Below are positions 25,101 through 37,300 of a stretch of DNA of 64,000 bases, in pieces. Positions within the stretch are counted from its first letter, which is position 1, and each line of letters begins with the position of its first letter. The notes under the pieces are model-generated. The model ran no database searches. It was not told where the DNA came from and was given only the letters and a program-made list of their open reading frames with translations. The stretch covers positions 4,506,329 to 4,570,328 of the forward strand of contig CM119267.1 of NCBI GenBank assembly GCA_051294375.1, written 5' to 3'. This DNA comes from Paraspadella gotoi. Its lineage: Eukaryota > Animalia > Chaetognatha. The translations under genes were made by a program, and so were the position numbers.

Positions 25101-28100
25101 TATTATATTTTGATTTATTTATTTTACATATAATTTTATTATTTGCTTTTTTTATTCAGATGCAGAGGGGAAAAACGAAAGAAGATAGAGAAGACAGAGA
25201 GTGTGTGTTAGAGATATAAGTATGTATAAGCACAATTTATGCAATATTGACATAAAGCAGATCAATCGCTTTTTGGGTTCAAACTTGTTGGATTTAAAAA
25301 ACCGTATGTCTAAATAAAAAAAAATAACAAAATATAAAAAATAAATTTTTAGTTTTATGAATTAAAAAATTTTCCAATTTATTTTTATTTAACTTATAAT
25401 TATAGTTTTTTTCAGTAGAAAAAATTTTTGTTCATGCTCAGATTTTATCAAGATTTTATTTTAACTATATTAAAAGAATAATTAAAAAATTAAATATATA
25501 ATTTTTTTTATAGATTCTCGACCAAGCAAGGAAGAGCGTACAAGTAAAACCAAAAAATCAAAGAGAGAATAAGAAAAAGTGAATAAAAAATAAGAGCAAA
25601 GCTATAATTTAAATACATGAAAATTTAATAAGCAAACATCAATGAGAAAGACAAGCGGCAGATCTTCTCAATACATTAATATAGCCTCTAATTCATATAC
25701 CCTAACCGAAATACATAACAAAATGAGCGGGCGAGGTAAGCGAACACGGCCAGGGTTAATTATAAGCTTCCGGGTTCAATCCTTTATTCTCAATTTTTTC
25801 TATCGCTCCGGTTTTTGGTTCTTCAAAAATCGGCAAGCTTCCACAGTGTATCGCTTACGCTTACCGGATGCGTCCACATCTCTGCTTTGAAAGATTATGT
25901 TGCATGCTGCGAAAAGGAGTCCATAAACAAAGCAACAAGAAATATTTTCATATTTTTGGCAAAAATATAAAAAAAATTATTTTTAAAAATATTTACGATA
26001 AAAAATTTAGAAAAGAATATATTAAAACTAAATTTCATTGGCTATTTTGCTTTAAAAACGCTGCTTTTGGTTGTGGAGCGCATCTGGTATATTAAGACCA
26101 AACAAGAAAAAATTGGCTATTTTGTGTAAAGCATGCAAAGTGAAGACTCTAGTGTGCAGACAGAAGAGCAAATTTTCAATAGAAAGGAATAAATTGCTAA
26201 AGCAAAAACAAACATTTCGGATGCAATTAATTTATTTATTAATTAGCCAGCTAAATGAGCGTGCGAGTGGACATGAGTTTTAAATGGAAAAACAAAAGTC
26301 ATATTACTTGAAGCATTTTTAATATACTATTATATGTTTACGAAATACACTATTCTTTATATCAACGAAGAAATCCAGCTTCGCTCCTCTCTTCTCACCG
26401 ATGCTCTTTTGTCTTTTTTACTGACACAAGAATTGCCAGCTTTTCAGCGATTACAGAGACATCATTTCTATTTAGACTTGTTATATATACTATATTCTTA
26501 AGTACAGATTCCTGGCGGATTCTGATTGGGTTCATCGGATTTCATAGATTTTTTAATTAGCGGATTTATCGATGTGAACGATCAGGATCTGTCATTCTTG
26601 CTCTTTTCAGTTCTCTGAAAATCTCGGAATCTCCAGGGGTTCTTAAGAAACTATTTGGTAATTGCTGGATTGGTGACTTTCCTGTGAGAGAAGCAACTTT
26701 TGTTACTAATTTTGGCTTTACGAAACAAAGTAAGAAAGATTCTTTAAACTTTATATAGTATATTTGCTGAGTTTCGTATTAAATGTTTTGTTATCCTTTC
26801 CCAGGAGTCTAAGCTTACACAACTTCGCCTTTACACAACTATCACCTTTAACTCTCACTTCACTTCAACTGTTAACTCTTACAACTTTAAAGTAACTAAT
26901 TTGTTAAGTCCCTGGGCCTTCGCCTTTTGGCCGAAGACTTTGTCGTCGGCTATCTACTTGAGCAGTCATAGAACCGCGCCATCGTCTCCTCTGCGCCCAT
27001 TACGGATCCACAAATACCAACGCTTTAATTTGGGCGTAGAGTTAGCAGAAAAATTAGCAAGTCAAGGGTGAAACCGACTCTCGCGAACTTTACGTTTCAA
27101 AACATTATAATATATATATATATAATACTCATAATTATTATATTGATTAAAAATTGGAATAGATAAATTGAAATGAAATTTTTTGTGTTGGTAGGAAACT
27201 ATGAGATTAAGCTGATATTAGACACATTTTTTCCACTGAAAATTGGTTATGGAAAAGGTATAATCTTTTCGTATTTTATGGGGGGCTATACACAAAATAA
27301 ATGCATTTTTCGTACATTTTTTTTTAATATCCTCGCCTTTCCCAGAGGCATTAAAGTGGCCACGGGCGTCAAAATAATTGATTTTCAGCGAATTTCTGAA
27401 GGTTTTTTTCATAAATTTTTTTAGATAATTATAAAAATAATGATAAAATTTGTATTATCTGTTATAAGTAAATGTTGTCTGAAAATATTTAATGTATTTA
27501 AATAATCTCAACCGTTATTGGGAATTTTTAATAATATATTAAAAACCGGAAGTTAAGTTTATTGCATGAACTTTTTTTAATAATTGAAAAAATTGAGTCA
27601 CAGATTCAAATACTTTTAATTGGCTTTAAGAAAACATGGGCAAAGAACCAGTTTTAAATTAAATAATAATGGATTTCATAACAAAAAAATCAGTATAAAA
27701 AAGGCGCATAGATAAAATTTGTGACCAAAATGCCGCTGCCGTTTTTAAAGTTTTAAAGTTAAAAAGTTTGAAACTTTTTTGTTGGGGTGGTCGCAACAGG
27801 TCGTGTGGGATGCATATCATAATTCCCTGCAAAAGTCCTCGAATTTGCTTAGGATTATAGGGTAATTGCAGTTCTATCATCGTAAACACGAGGCTCGCCA
27901 GTTTTGCATTCAATACAAGTGTCTTTTCGGCATCTTTTGGCGATGACTTCAATGCGTACTCCGCGGTCCAGCGTGCAAAATAAGAGTGGCACGCTTTAAA
28001 ATAGTTACATCACAATCTTGTACGAATCTTGTTCAGGCCTTGCACCTTGTCGCAAGAGAGAGATTTCCCTAAAATCAGGATTTGCTTCGCTTCTCCGAGT

Positions 28101-28879
28101 TTCGCACAATTTTGTCTGTTCAACAGCAACAATGTGAGACATACTTATTTCAATGTTTGTCGTTTATTCAAGAAACATGAAAATGAAGCGGCTGAAGAAC
28201 GTTTCTGCCTTTGGAGGTTCTATGCGCAGAGTCTGAAAATGTTCCAGCCGCTTGTAATATCAACTCTGGATATAATGGCACACGGTTTGTTATGTTGTAT
28301 TTACAATGAAACCCGCCTCTATGGCTTGTAGTAAAACGGCAAAATAATTTATGTATCCAAATTTTATATTGATTGGTTTTGAATTTGACTTGGAAATGAG
28401 CGAAAGTTTTGCCCTTCAAAATCGTTATTGATTTTAGAACATTTAAATCTTCTTGTCTAACTTTCTGAAAAATTTGTTTTAAAAAATTTACATAATTTCT
28501 TCTGAAGCGAGATGTATTGAAAAAATCGTGCAGTTTTTTTTCTTAGACAAGGTTTAAATCGAACAGAATGACAGCCTTTTTGGAGACCTCTATGACCACT
28601 TTCCCGCGGAAAAAAATGTGTCTACTGATATAAGGTTTTGATGGAAATCGTAAGAGTGAAAAAAGAAGTTTTAAAAACAAAAACCAAAAAGACACATTTA
28701 TGTCAATTTTTAAAAAGTTTTCCATCTCTCTATGATTGACACAATTATGCCGTTGAGCAGTTATGTCAGTTTACAAAAATTATATATATTGTATTAATTG
28801 TATATGATATATATATATATGAGTGGATTTATTCGATACAATAAGTTGATTAGTAACAATCATGCATCAACAACAAACA

Positions 28880-29342
28880 GACTAAGTCAGTTGGACAATT
28901 AATACAATTATAACAATTTACACAAATTATGCAAGTTGACCAAATTAAGCAGTTGACCAAATAATGCCAGTTCACCAATTATGCCAGTTGACCGTCACAT
29001 TTTGGCAAGTTGATCAAATTATACAAGTTGAAAAAATTTGCCAGTTGCCAAAATTATGCCTGTTGACGCAAATTATGTCATTGACCAAATTATGCAAGTT
29101 AATTAAATTAGGAGTTGACCAACTATGCAAGTTGGTATTGCCTATTGGCAGCAGCTACTGGTAATGATTGATAGAATCAATTGATTTATAGATTTTTCAT
29201 AGATTTATTAAGAAAATCTGTTATGGATTTGTTATAATCCCTAATTGAGAGTCAGAAAATTACCATGCTTTATCATGCGGATTAGCTTATTACCGCTTAA
29301 ATTTTCGTAGGCAGTCCGAACATTGTTTGCTCAAACTTGTTT
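28880..29342 (+). mobile_element. 18-bp tandem array (aattatgcaagttgacca) followed by a HINE-type 3' end
   Basis: Array at 28900-29140. Terminus ggcagtccgaacattgtttgctcaaacttgtt at 29310-29342. Confidence 0.55.
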
Positions 29343-30300
29343 TTTATTTTTTCCCTCTCAGGTCATGAAGAAATTCTTTGCTCTTTGGTTTTGAAGTTCA
29401 GTAATACTTTCGAATCGACGGAGAGATGGAGGCTGAAACTTTGCGGCCTCGGAAGATGATTCGCATTGGAGACGGGCAACATTGGCTGTAGTGACGACAG
29501 CGCTTGGGCTCCTGAAGGTTCATTTGAAAGGTCAAAAAAATCCCGGCGCTCGCGACGAGGGGAAATAAGGGTGGGGAGAAGCGATTAGGAGATGGGAGAG
29601 ATGCGAGGCCAGTTCGATGAGGTAAAGGAGTTAAAGATCGCGGCTGCTGGAAAACGGTGTCGTGAATGAAGGGCATTGACACTAAAAAAAGGTAGCTGGA
29701 ATATGTTTTTTTTACTTTTTTTTAAGAATTAGGGGTGGGACTAATATTTTGCCTGATTAACTGAGCAAAGCATTACTTTGAATTTTTCGTAAGAGTTTAG
29801 TCTGAGTTTTTTTTAATATATTCCTCATACCGGCATTCAAGTGGATCCAAATGCCCTAAATTTCCGGAAAACCTTGCCCTTTTTTTGGCAAAAACAAGCT
29901 TTTTTGGAATGCTGATTATCATAGAAGCCCTCTGAGGTTTTTTTGAAACGTTTTAAATGATAAAAAGTTGTTTGAAAAAAATATGGAGAAAAAATTCATT
30001 ATTCGACAAATTAGGTTTTAAAGAAATCATTTTGGTTGTTGAAGCGTCTTTTGATTTATAATTTTGATAATTTAAAAAGAAATTGACGCCAATTATATTT
30101 TTTCTTTATTTATATTATAGTAATAGGTGTATGTTTGAATAAATATAAAATCAATTAATTTAATCTTTTAAAAGTGCGCTAAGCAAATTAAATCGGAAAA
30201 ATCGATCAAAAAAAAGAATCGTATGGTAATTTCTTGAAGACATCGAATTCTTTTTTTATTATTATTTTGAATGAANNNNNNNNNNNNNNNNNNNNNNNNN

Positions 30301-30683
30301 TATATTTGCTGAATTGCAAAAAATTTGTAACAGGAAACTAAAAACAACAACGACGACGACGACAACGACGACGACGACGACTTCGTTAATCGAATTTCCG
30401 CATCNNNNNNNNNNNNNNNNNNNNNNNNNNNNNNNNNNNNNNNNNNNNNNNNNNNNNNNNNNNNNNNNNNNNNNNNNNNNNNNNNNNNNNNNNNNNNNNN
30501 NNNNNNNNNNNNNNNNNNNNNNNNNNNNNNNNNNNNNNNNNNNNNNNNNNNNNNNNNNNNNNNNNNNNNNNNNNNNNNNNNNNNNNNNNNNNNNTGGACA
30601 ATTGGACAGACACGGACTGTCGAATAGAACAAGAACGTTGAACAGACAGTCGGATAGTTAATTACAAGGGTGGATTTTTAGTT
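30301..30683 (+). repeat. Direct duplicate of ~19065-19360, without the following HINE
   Basis: Shared tatatttgctg..gacgacgac..cgttaatcg..attggacagacacggactgtcgaatagaacaag..gggtggatttttagt. The copies diverge exactly where the HINE begins at 19358. Confidence 0.85.
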
Positions 30684-30921
30684 GCTGAAGTTGACTTACC
30701 TGATGACTGGCAAATAACATTGACTAATGACTAATGATTAGCAATCTCATTTAGATTTTTTTTTCTATTGCTTATGCTTTATTAAATATTTCTCAATGTC
30801 ACCAAATAAAAAAAGTTTAGTACAAAGCGATTAAGTTTAACGGACATTGGACAAAAGAATTTCGAATTAGAAAACAATTTGATAAAACTTTTTTTTTTTA
30901 AATTGAGCCTTTCCCTACTAG

Positions 30922-31204
30922 GTGGCGCTAGCGGTGACGGCCTACATGACGATCGCCGTCGCCATCTCCTTTTCCTTCGAGACTCACTTCGCCTGCAACC
31001 ACGACAAGAAGCGTCCCTTCGTCACCAAGACGCCCTGGACTCCGTGGACGCTGGCCGAGGTGTTCGGGATGACCGCGGCGCTGACTGCCTTCTTCGCGGC
31101 TTCCTACAAGTTCCTGCTGCTGCCGCTCTGCGCCAAGGATAAACGGCGGGAGATGCTCAACTGTTTCGTCGTGGATCATCTCGCTTACACGTTGCTCTTT
31201 TATT
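30922..31204 (+). CDS. GPCR exon 3: TM3, TM4, ECL2 and start of TM5; 3' end lost in an N gap
   Basis: ctactag|VALAVTAYMTIAVAISFSFETHFAC..WTLAEVFGMTAALTAFFAASYKFLLLPLC..NCFVVDHLAYTLLFY. Confidence 0.75.
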
Positions 31205-34200
31205 NNNNNNNNNNNNNNNNNNNNNNNNNATATTAAACACACCAATAAGATCCTTCAACAGCACATAAAGCGATCGAGCCGCTTCTCGATAGTAAGCCAA
31301 ATACTTGATCGCATGATACAACATTTGATGCGCGATGATACACAAATATGACAACGATGATAACACTACCATTGATCGCCGATGATAACAAAATGACTGA
31401 TGTGGTGAACAATGAAATTCGGATGCGATGATAGTTCATTCATTGACATGATGATCAATACATTCCCATTGATACGCATGATAGTCATTCATTGATGCGC
31501 ATGACTAGTACATTCTATCGACGCGCACTGAGTCATTCAATCGTAAAAGTAACAAAACAATGCGTGGTATGAGTGAGAGAGAGAGACGAGAAGAGAGAGA
31601 GAGAGAAAGGAGGATGAGAGAGGTCTGGACAGGTTCCCCGCCAACGGGACAACGCATCCTATGTGAGTCCTTGCTCGGTTTATGATAACGCATAATCAGA
31701 ATGTTAGCACCCAAACCAACTCACGAAAATCTCAGGCGATTACTTGTGCATTTCGGTATTCGAGCAAACAAAGGCGCGGAATAAATGCGGCGATAACTAA
31801 AAAGTTCTAGAAAGGAGAAAAAGGCGAGAGAGAAGCCAGACCGAGAGCCAGAGCAGGCGCAGAGAGAAAAAGAGCCAATAAGAAATTTTTGTGTACATTT
31901 GAAACAATTACATCCCCTATTAACAACTATACCTAGTCTGAAAATACTCAGTTAATGACTATCGTATTTTTGACTTCCAATAATAATAATAAATCGCGTT
32001 ATCGCGTTATAGGCGTTATTAGGTCATGTTCCTTGACATGTGTTTACTCGGGTTGCTGTCCGCCACGGCCACGAAATCCAGGTAAAGAGAACCACCCAAG
32101 CGGCGAATACATGGTGATAATAAAAAGTTTTACCGAAAGGAAACAAATAATCAGAAGAGAGAGAGAGAGAGAGAGAGAAGAAATAAAAATCCACGAAAAT
32201 CTCGGAATTCAATGGGCAGATAATAAAAGTTTTTTAGAAGGAAAAAAAAGAGAGAGAAAGAGAGAAGAGGCGAGAGAAGAGAGAGAAAGAGAGCATGGAG
32301 CGAAAAAGATTTGGTTCTTTTTTTAGGAAGAAACTAGACCGAGGTCAAATTTAATATTTGCATATTTAATTAATTTATAAATAGTTATCATCAACGTTCA
32401 TATAATTATTATTTAAAAAAAGTTAAAATGATTAAATATATATCTAAACAATATTTATAAATTTAATAATAGTGCAAATTCATCCGAAGAATAACAAAAA
32501 TAATGTTTCAATTTGACTATATCTCTTCTATCAACTCCATTTAGCTATAGAATTGCCAAAGTGGGCCGAACTGGGTCCAAGTTGCAATAATAATAAAATA
32601 TAAATTTTTTTTTTATAATGTGGATGCATGCTTATATTATTGCGGCGAAAGTGTGCATATATCATAGCGTCACATATAGCTGATTATATATGTGCAAGCA
32701 TATCATTATAAGATTTATTCTTCATTTTTTCTTTAAAAAATATAAAGAGACCGAGAGAAGGAGAGAGAGAGAGAGAAGAGGAAAGAAAAAGACAAAACCG
32801 CAATTTCTTTCCCAATTATAATCTCAGATATAAATTTGGGCATTTTGTCATTGAAAAAAAAGCGCGAATAAATGGCGATAATCAAAAAGTTTTGTGAAGG
32901 AGAAAAAATAATCCAGCATTTTTCAAAAACGATATAACCGATCCGTAACAGCAGTGACAGAGACGAAAGACAGAAAGTATGTATGTTACAATATAGAAGA
33001 GTTAGGCCAAGGTGATGCGTGACTGTTTACCTGAAAGCCACAATATGTACAGAAAGAAAAAGAGCCTGGAGAGGTCAGCGGAAAGAGAGAGTGAGGGGGA
33101 TAAATAGGAGTAGAATGCGCATTACCCTTCCACGCGGCACTTGGTTCCAGCTGACCTACTCGTTAATGCGAGGGTTCAGAAAACCTCGCAGTGCATATTC
33201 TGGACAATATATTAGTGGAAAAAAAAAATGTTACTATACTACATTTACAAGAAATTTACCCATAGGTAAGTTTCATGAATCAACTACTGCTCTCACAACT
33301 CTGTTTTGACTCCTACTCTCTGCGACTACACATCTCTTCACTATTTTTTCTGGTCAATCGCATCGCTTGTACAACAGATTTACAGTTTATACTTTGTCTA
33401 TGTTCTAATCTACCATCTCACTTCTCATCTACTAACACACCATCCTTTGAGGTTACCATTTTTCTTAAAAAATCTTTTTACAAAACACAATGTTTTTTGA
33501 TATTTGTCAATCCTGTCACACTCATTATATCTGTCTGCACATATATGTACATTTATCATCTAGATAAAGCATTTCTATTTACACCTCCTTCAATTCATGC
33601 ATATTATTAATTAGATCTCATACTCCTTACATTGCATATTCGCACGTCACATCCTCACATGACCGTCGCGCAGATGTCCAACACAACTCACCTTACAAGC
33701 CACAACTGCCGTCACATACTGCACACACCCGATACATATCAGTCAGACTATTTTCAAGAGTCCGTAGAACAAGACCATATCGAGGAATTTTATAACTTAC
33801 TATCGGAGCCCCTGCCACACTTGTAGTAAACTTTTATCCTCAGCCTCATTCATAACTAATTTAGTTTTAAATAAAACACCGGTAACGTCCACAGGCACCC
33901 ACACTCATACAAAAGCGTACGCTGCCGCAGGCTTTCTCTTAAATACATACAATGCCGTCCACAGAGTTTTATACTTCTGACCGCTGTTAATTCGCGAATG
34001 AAACTGACTCAGCGCAACCTTCTTCCTGACGCGAGCTCTTGTCTGGCCTTCCACCGCCCACCTGACACCCACACCCGCCTCCACAACCCCTACTCCTCCC
34101 CCCTCACTCCACCCCGGCCACAGCGCTCCACCACGACCGACCCGACCTAGCGTCACCAACCCACCGCACAGCAACCCTAAGAACATTATTTTAGTCTAGC

Positions 34201-34379
34201 CTGACCCGGCTTCGGCCTTCTCGTTTGGCGTTCACTAATATGGATGACTCGATACCTTTAATTTACATGGCAAATAGGTAGTATGAGTCCATAGGATTAT
34301 ATCTTACGTGCGACTCGCACTTCTCTCGTTCGGATACACCCTTCCATCCCCACGATCCCTCCCCGCCCTTTCTTCACCA

Positions 34380-37300
34380 GCCGATGGCAAGTTTTCAACC
34401 AGTCCTTCCCATCGGAGCAGTAATGTGCGCGCGCGCAATAAATAAGAGACTAACGTGTAGCGCCATAGATAGTACATCCAGTCTCAAAAACGAACGAAAC
34501 AAGTTGAGCATACTCACCGGCCGTTTATCTTGGCGGCAGAAGCGACAGCAGCAGCGAACTTGTAGGAACTCGCTGTATAGAAGGTCAGTCAGTCGCCGCC
34601 GTCTATACCCGACACCTTTTCGTTCCAGACGTTCCACGGATACTAGGGGCGTCTGGTGACGAGGGACGCTTCTTTGTCGTGCCGTGCAGCGAAGTAGAAT
34701 ACTCGAAGGAAAATATGCTGGCGACGCAGTTGTGTCATGTAAGTGGGACCCACCCCGTCATCCTTGCTAGCGCCACCTAGTAGCGGAAAGGCCTCAATTT
34801 AAAAACAAACAAAGAATTTTGTATCAAATTGTTTAAGTAATTCTGCAATCTAGATTGGTCGCAGGCCGATTATTTATTCTATAGACATAGTGATTACAGA
34901 GGCGATGTCCATGTATCTATCAGTGGCAGATGGAGATTTACCGCGATGCTCGTGATCCATTTTGGTATTCGAGTTGTGCTTATTTCGTTCGTCAATGCTG
35001 CCGGTTTAGGCAGCTTCTCTTTCTGAAATAATCCTGTATCTTCGTAAGTCTCTCAAATTTAAATTATTCTCTTTTATTCTTACTAATTAGTGACTATCTT
35101 TCGAGCCACAACTACTGTATTTTAACTATTTATACAAGCATTAGGTTTCAAAATCTTACGCACACACAACCATCTTCAATAAAGATGCTAATCCACCCCA
35201 TTATGTCAATATACTCTCGCCAGATACTAATCCACTCTCCCACGCCTATTATTATACGCCTCAGCACAAACCAAATCGCAACTGTAAAGCACATTCGCGA
35301 TCTCGCCCACCGATTATCTAGGCCGCTTAACACTTCCCCTTCTATTTTCTACTAACAGCTAATCTACAATTACTTTATCTCAGGATTCACCCCCTTAATT
35401 AATTAGATCTTAATGTAAACGCTTAATTATTTAATTAAATCCTACTCTTACATCATCGCCAATTAATTTGACTCACACACATCGTTTCGCTTTTGCACTT
35501 GCACTCTACACATGACACCTGCACATCTACATCTAATATATCAGTCTAATTAATTGCACTAATTGAATTCACATTAACCTAATCTAACTCTACTTTACAT
35601 CTATCTACACTCATCATCTCTCGCCATTCTCACATTTAAACCACTCAAAACACGCCACTCACACAGCACACGCCTCTCACCTACTCACTCCCATCACTCT
35701 CATTTGTCTAACCCTATCCAGTCGTCCTCTCTTTCTGCCATATCTCAACTCACTTCTCCACTCAACACTATCATCAACAACTTGACTTCAGTTCTACACT
35801 CACCACATCCCTTCTTTGTCATCTGAATCACAAATTTCAAGCTTCTCTACATTTGCCCTCTTCATATATCCACTCCATGATATCATCTGCGCTCCGATCC
35901 TACAACACACACTCACGCCTCCGCACCCCAACACTACCCTCGAGTCTATCCTACCTTACTCTCGCTCTCTTCAGTCATTTACACTCACTCACCCTACACT
36001 CAGCACGCACTTCCACTTCTCACGCACTTCAGCTCGAGCATCCACGCATCTCCAAACATTTCAGCTTAATCACACACTCTCACTACCTCACACCAAAGAC
36101 TCTTCATTCCAAACCACTCAGCATGCGCACCACACTACCCGATGTAACTCGGCTGTTTTTTTAGCACTAAAGTGGCACGCGCATGATCGCACGCGCGCAC
36201 CGCCATGGACCGCGACCCAGCACGGACAGGAGCAGACGGCATAGACGGCCACATCTCTATTTCTCTCGCATACACTCTTACTCCACTCAATCTGCACTCG
36301 CTCTAGCACTCGATCAGACACGCTCAACGCCTCGCCTCGCGACGCGCACATATCTGTATATGCAGGTGACTCGCGGAGCACAGGAGCAGCAGACAATGCA
36401 CTGTTACTACGAGACGACGCACGCACGCGCTCGCAATCGCTACGCATCGGAAAGCACGACTCGCGACTAAAAACTCATTCCCTTCACCGTGTATCTTCTC
36501 TCTAACTATACTGCATGTCTGCTTATAATCTCACCTCTGTATCTACATTTCGTGACAGCGGTGTGTGTCATTGGTAGTATATGTTCTCATCTCGACTCTC
36601 TGTCAATAGTGGACACTCGACGCGTCGGCGCGTATAACTGTCTCAATCGTCACGACAGGCAAGTCAGATATGCTCGGTATTTCGAATTTAACGAATGCTA
36701 CGCTCCGTATCGTCCGTCGCTCTCGCTCTCGTCGTCACTACAGTCCAGGCTCTCCATGCTCAGACGAGCGGCCTTCACTCTGGATCAACGCCTAAACTCA
36801 ATTCTTCCCTTTCAACATCAATACCTCTCCTTCGAATTACCGTATCCGGTAAATTCTTTATACACCCATACTGCACCCACAGCATAACCAACCCAAATAA
36901 TCTGCGGACAAGAACTCGACGACCGGCAGCCACCGCAATTCACAGCCCGCCTTGACCGTGTCTCCCTCCTCGCCAGACCCTCCATACTCACTCACGTGCT
37001 CACAGGAACGTCTCTCACACAGACTCCACCTCCCACTCTTCACGCCACGCCCTACCACCCGCAGCCTCTCTCTCACCCAGACCACACACCTACACGCTTC
37101 GCGCCTCACGACAAGCTCACACCACTCCACCCCTATCCCCCATCCCACCGCCCCGACGCGACCGCAGAGAGAGAGAGACGAGAGAGAGAGAAGGAGAGAA
37201 AGACAGACGCGAACCGCGGTGGTCGAGAAACATTGTTCTCTGGTTAACGTTCCATGTACTAATATATAAGTCATTCCTTCTCGATAGAAGACAAAAGACA

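Noticed and set aside
26640-28420. Possible decayed LINE 5' end or transposase remnant
   Set aside because: No recognisable RT, endonuclease or DDE motif in any frame. Needs a translated TE search.
33000-36900. ORFs and C/A-rich skewed sequence
   Set aside because: Low-quality read sequence, partly a garbled reverse copy of the HINE and GPCR exon 3. No credible proteins.
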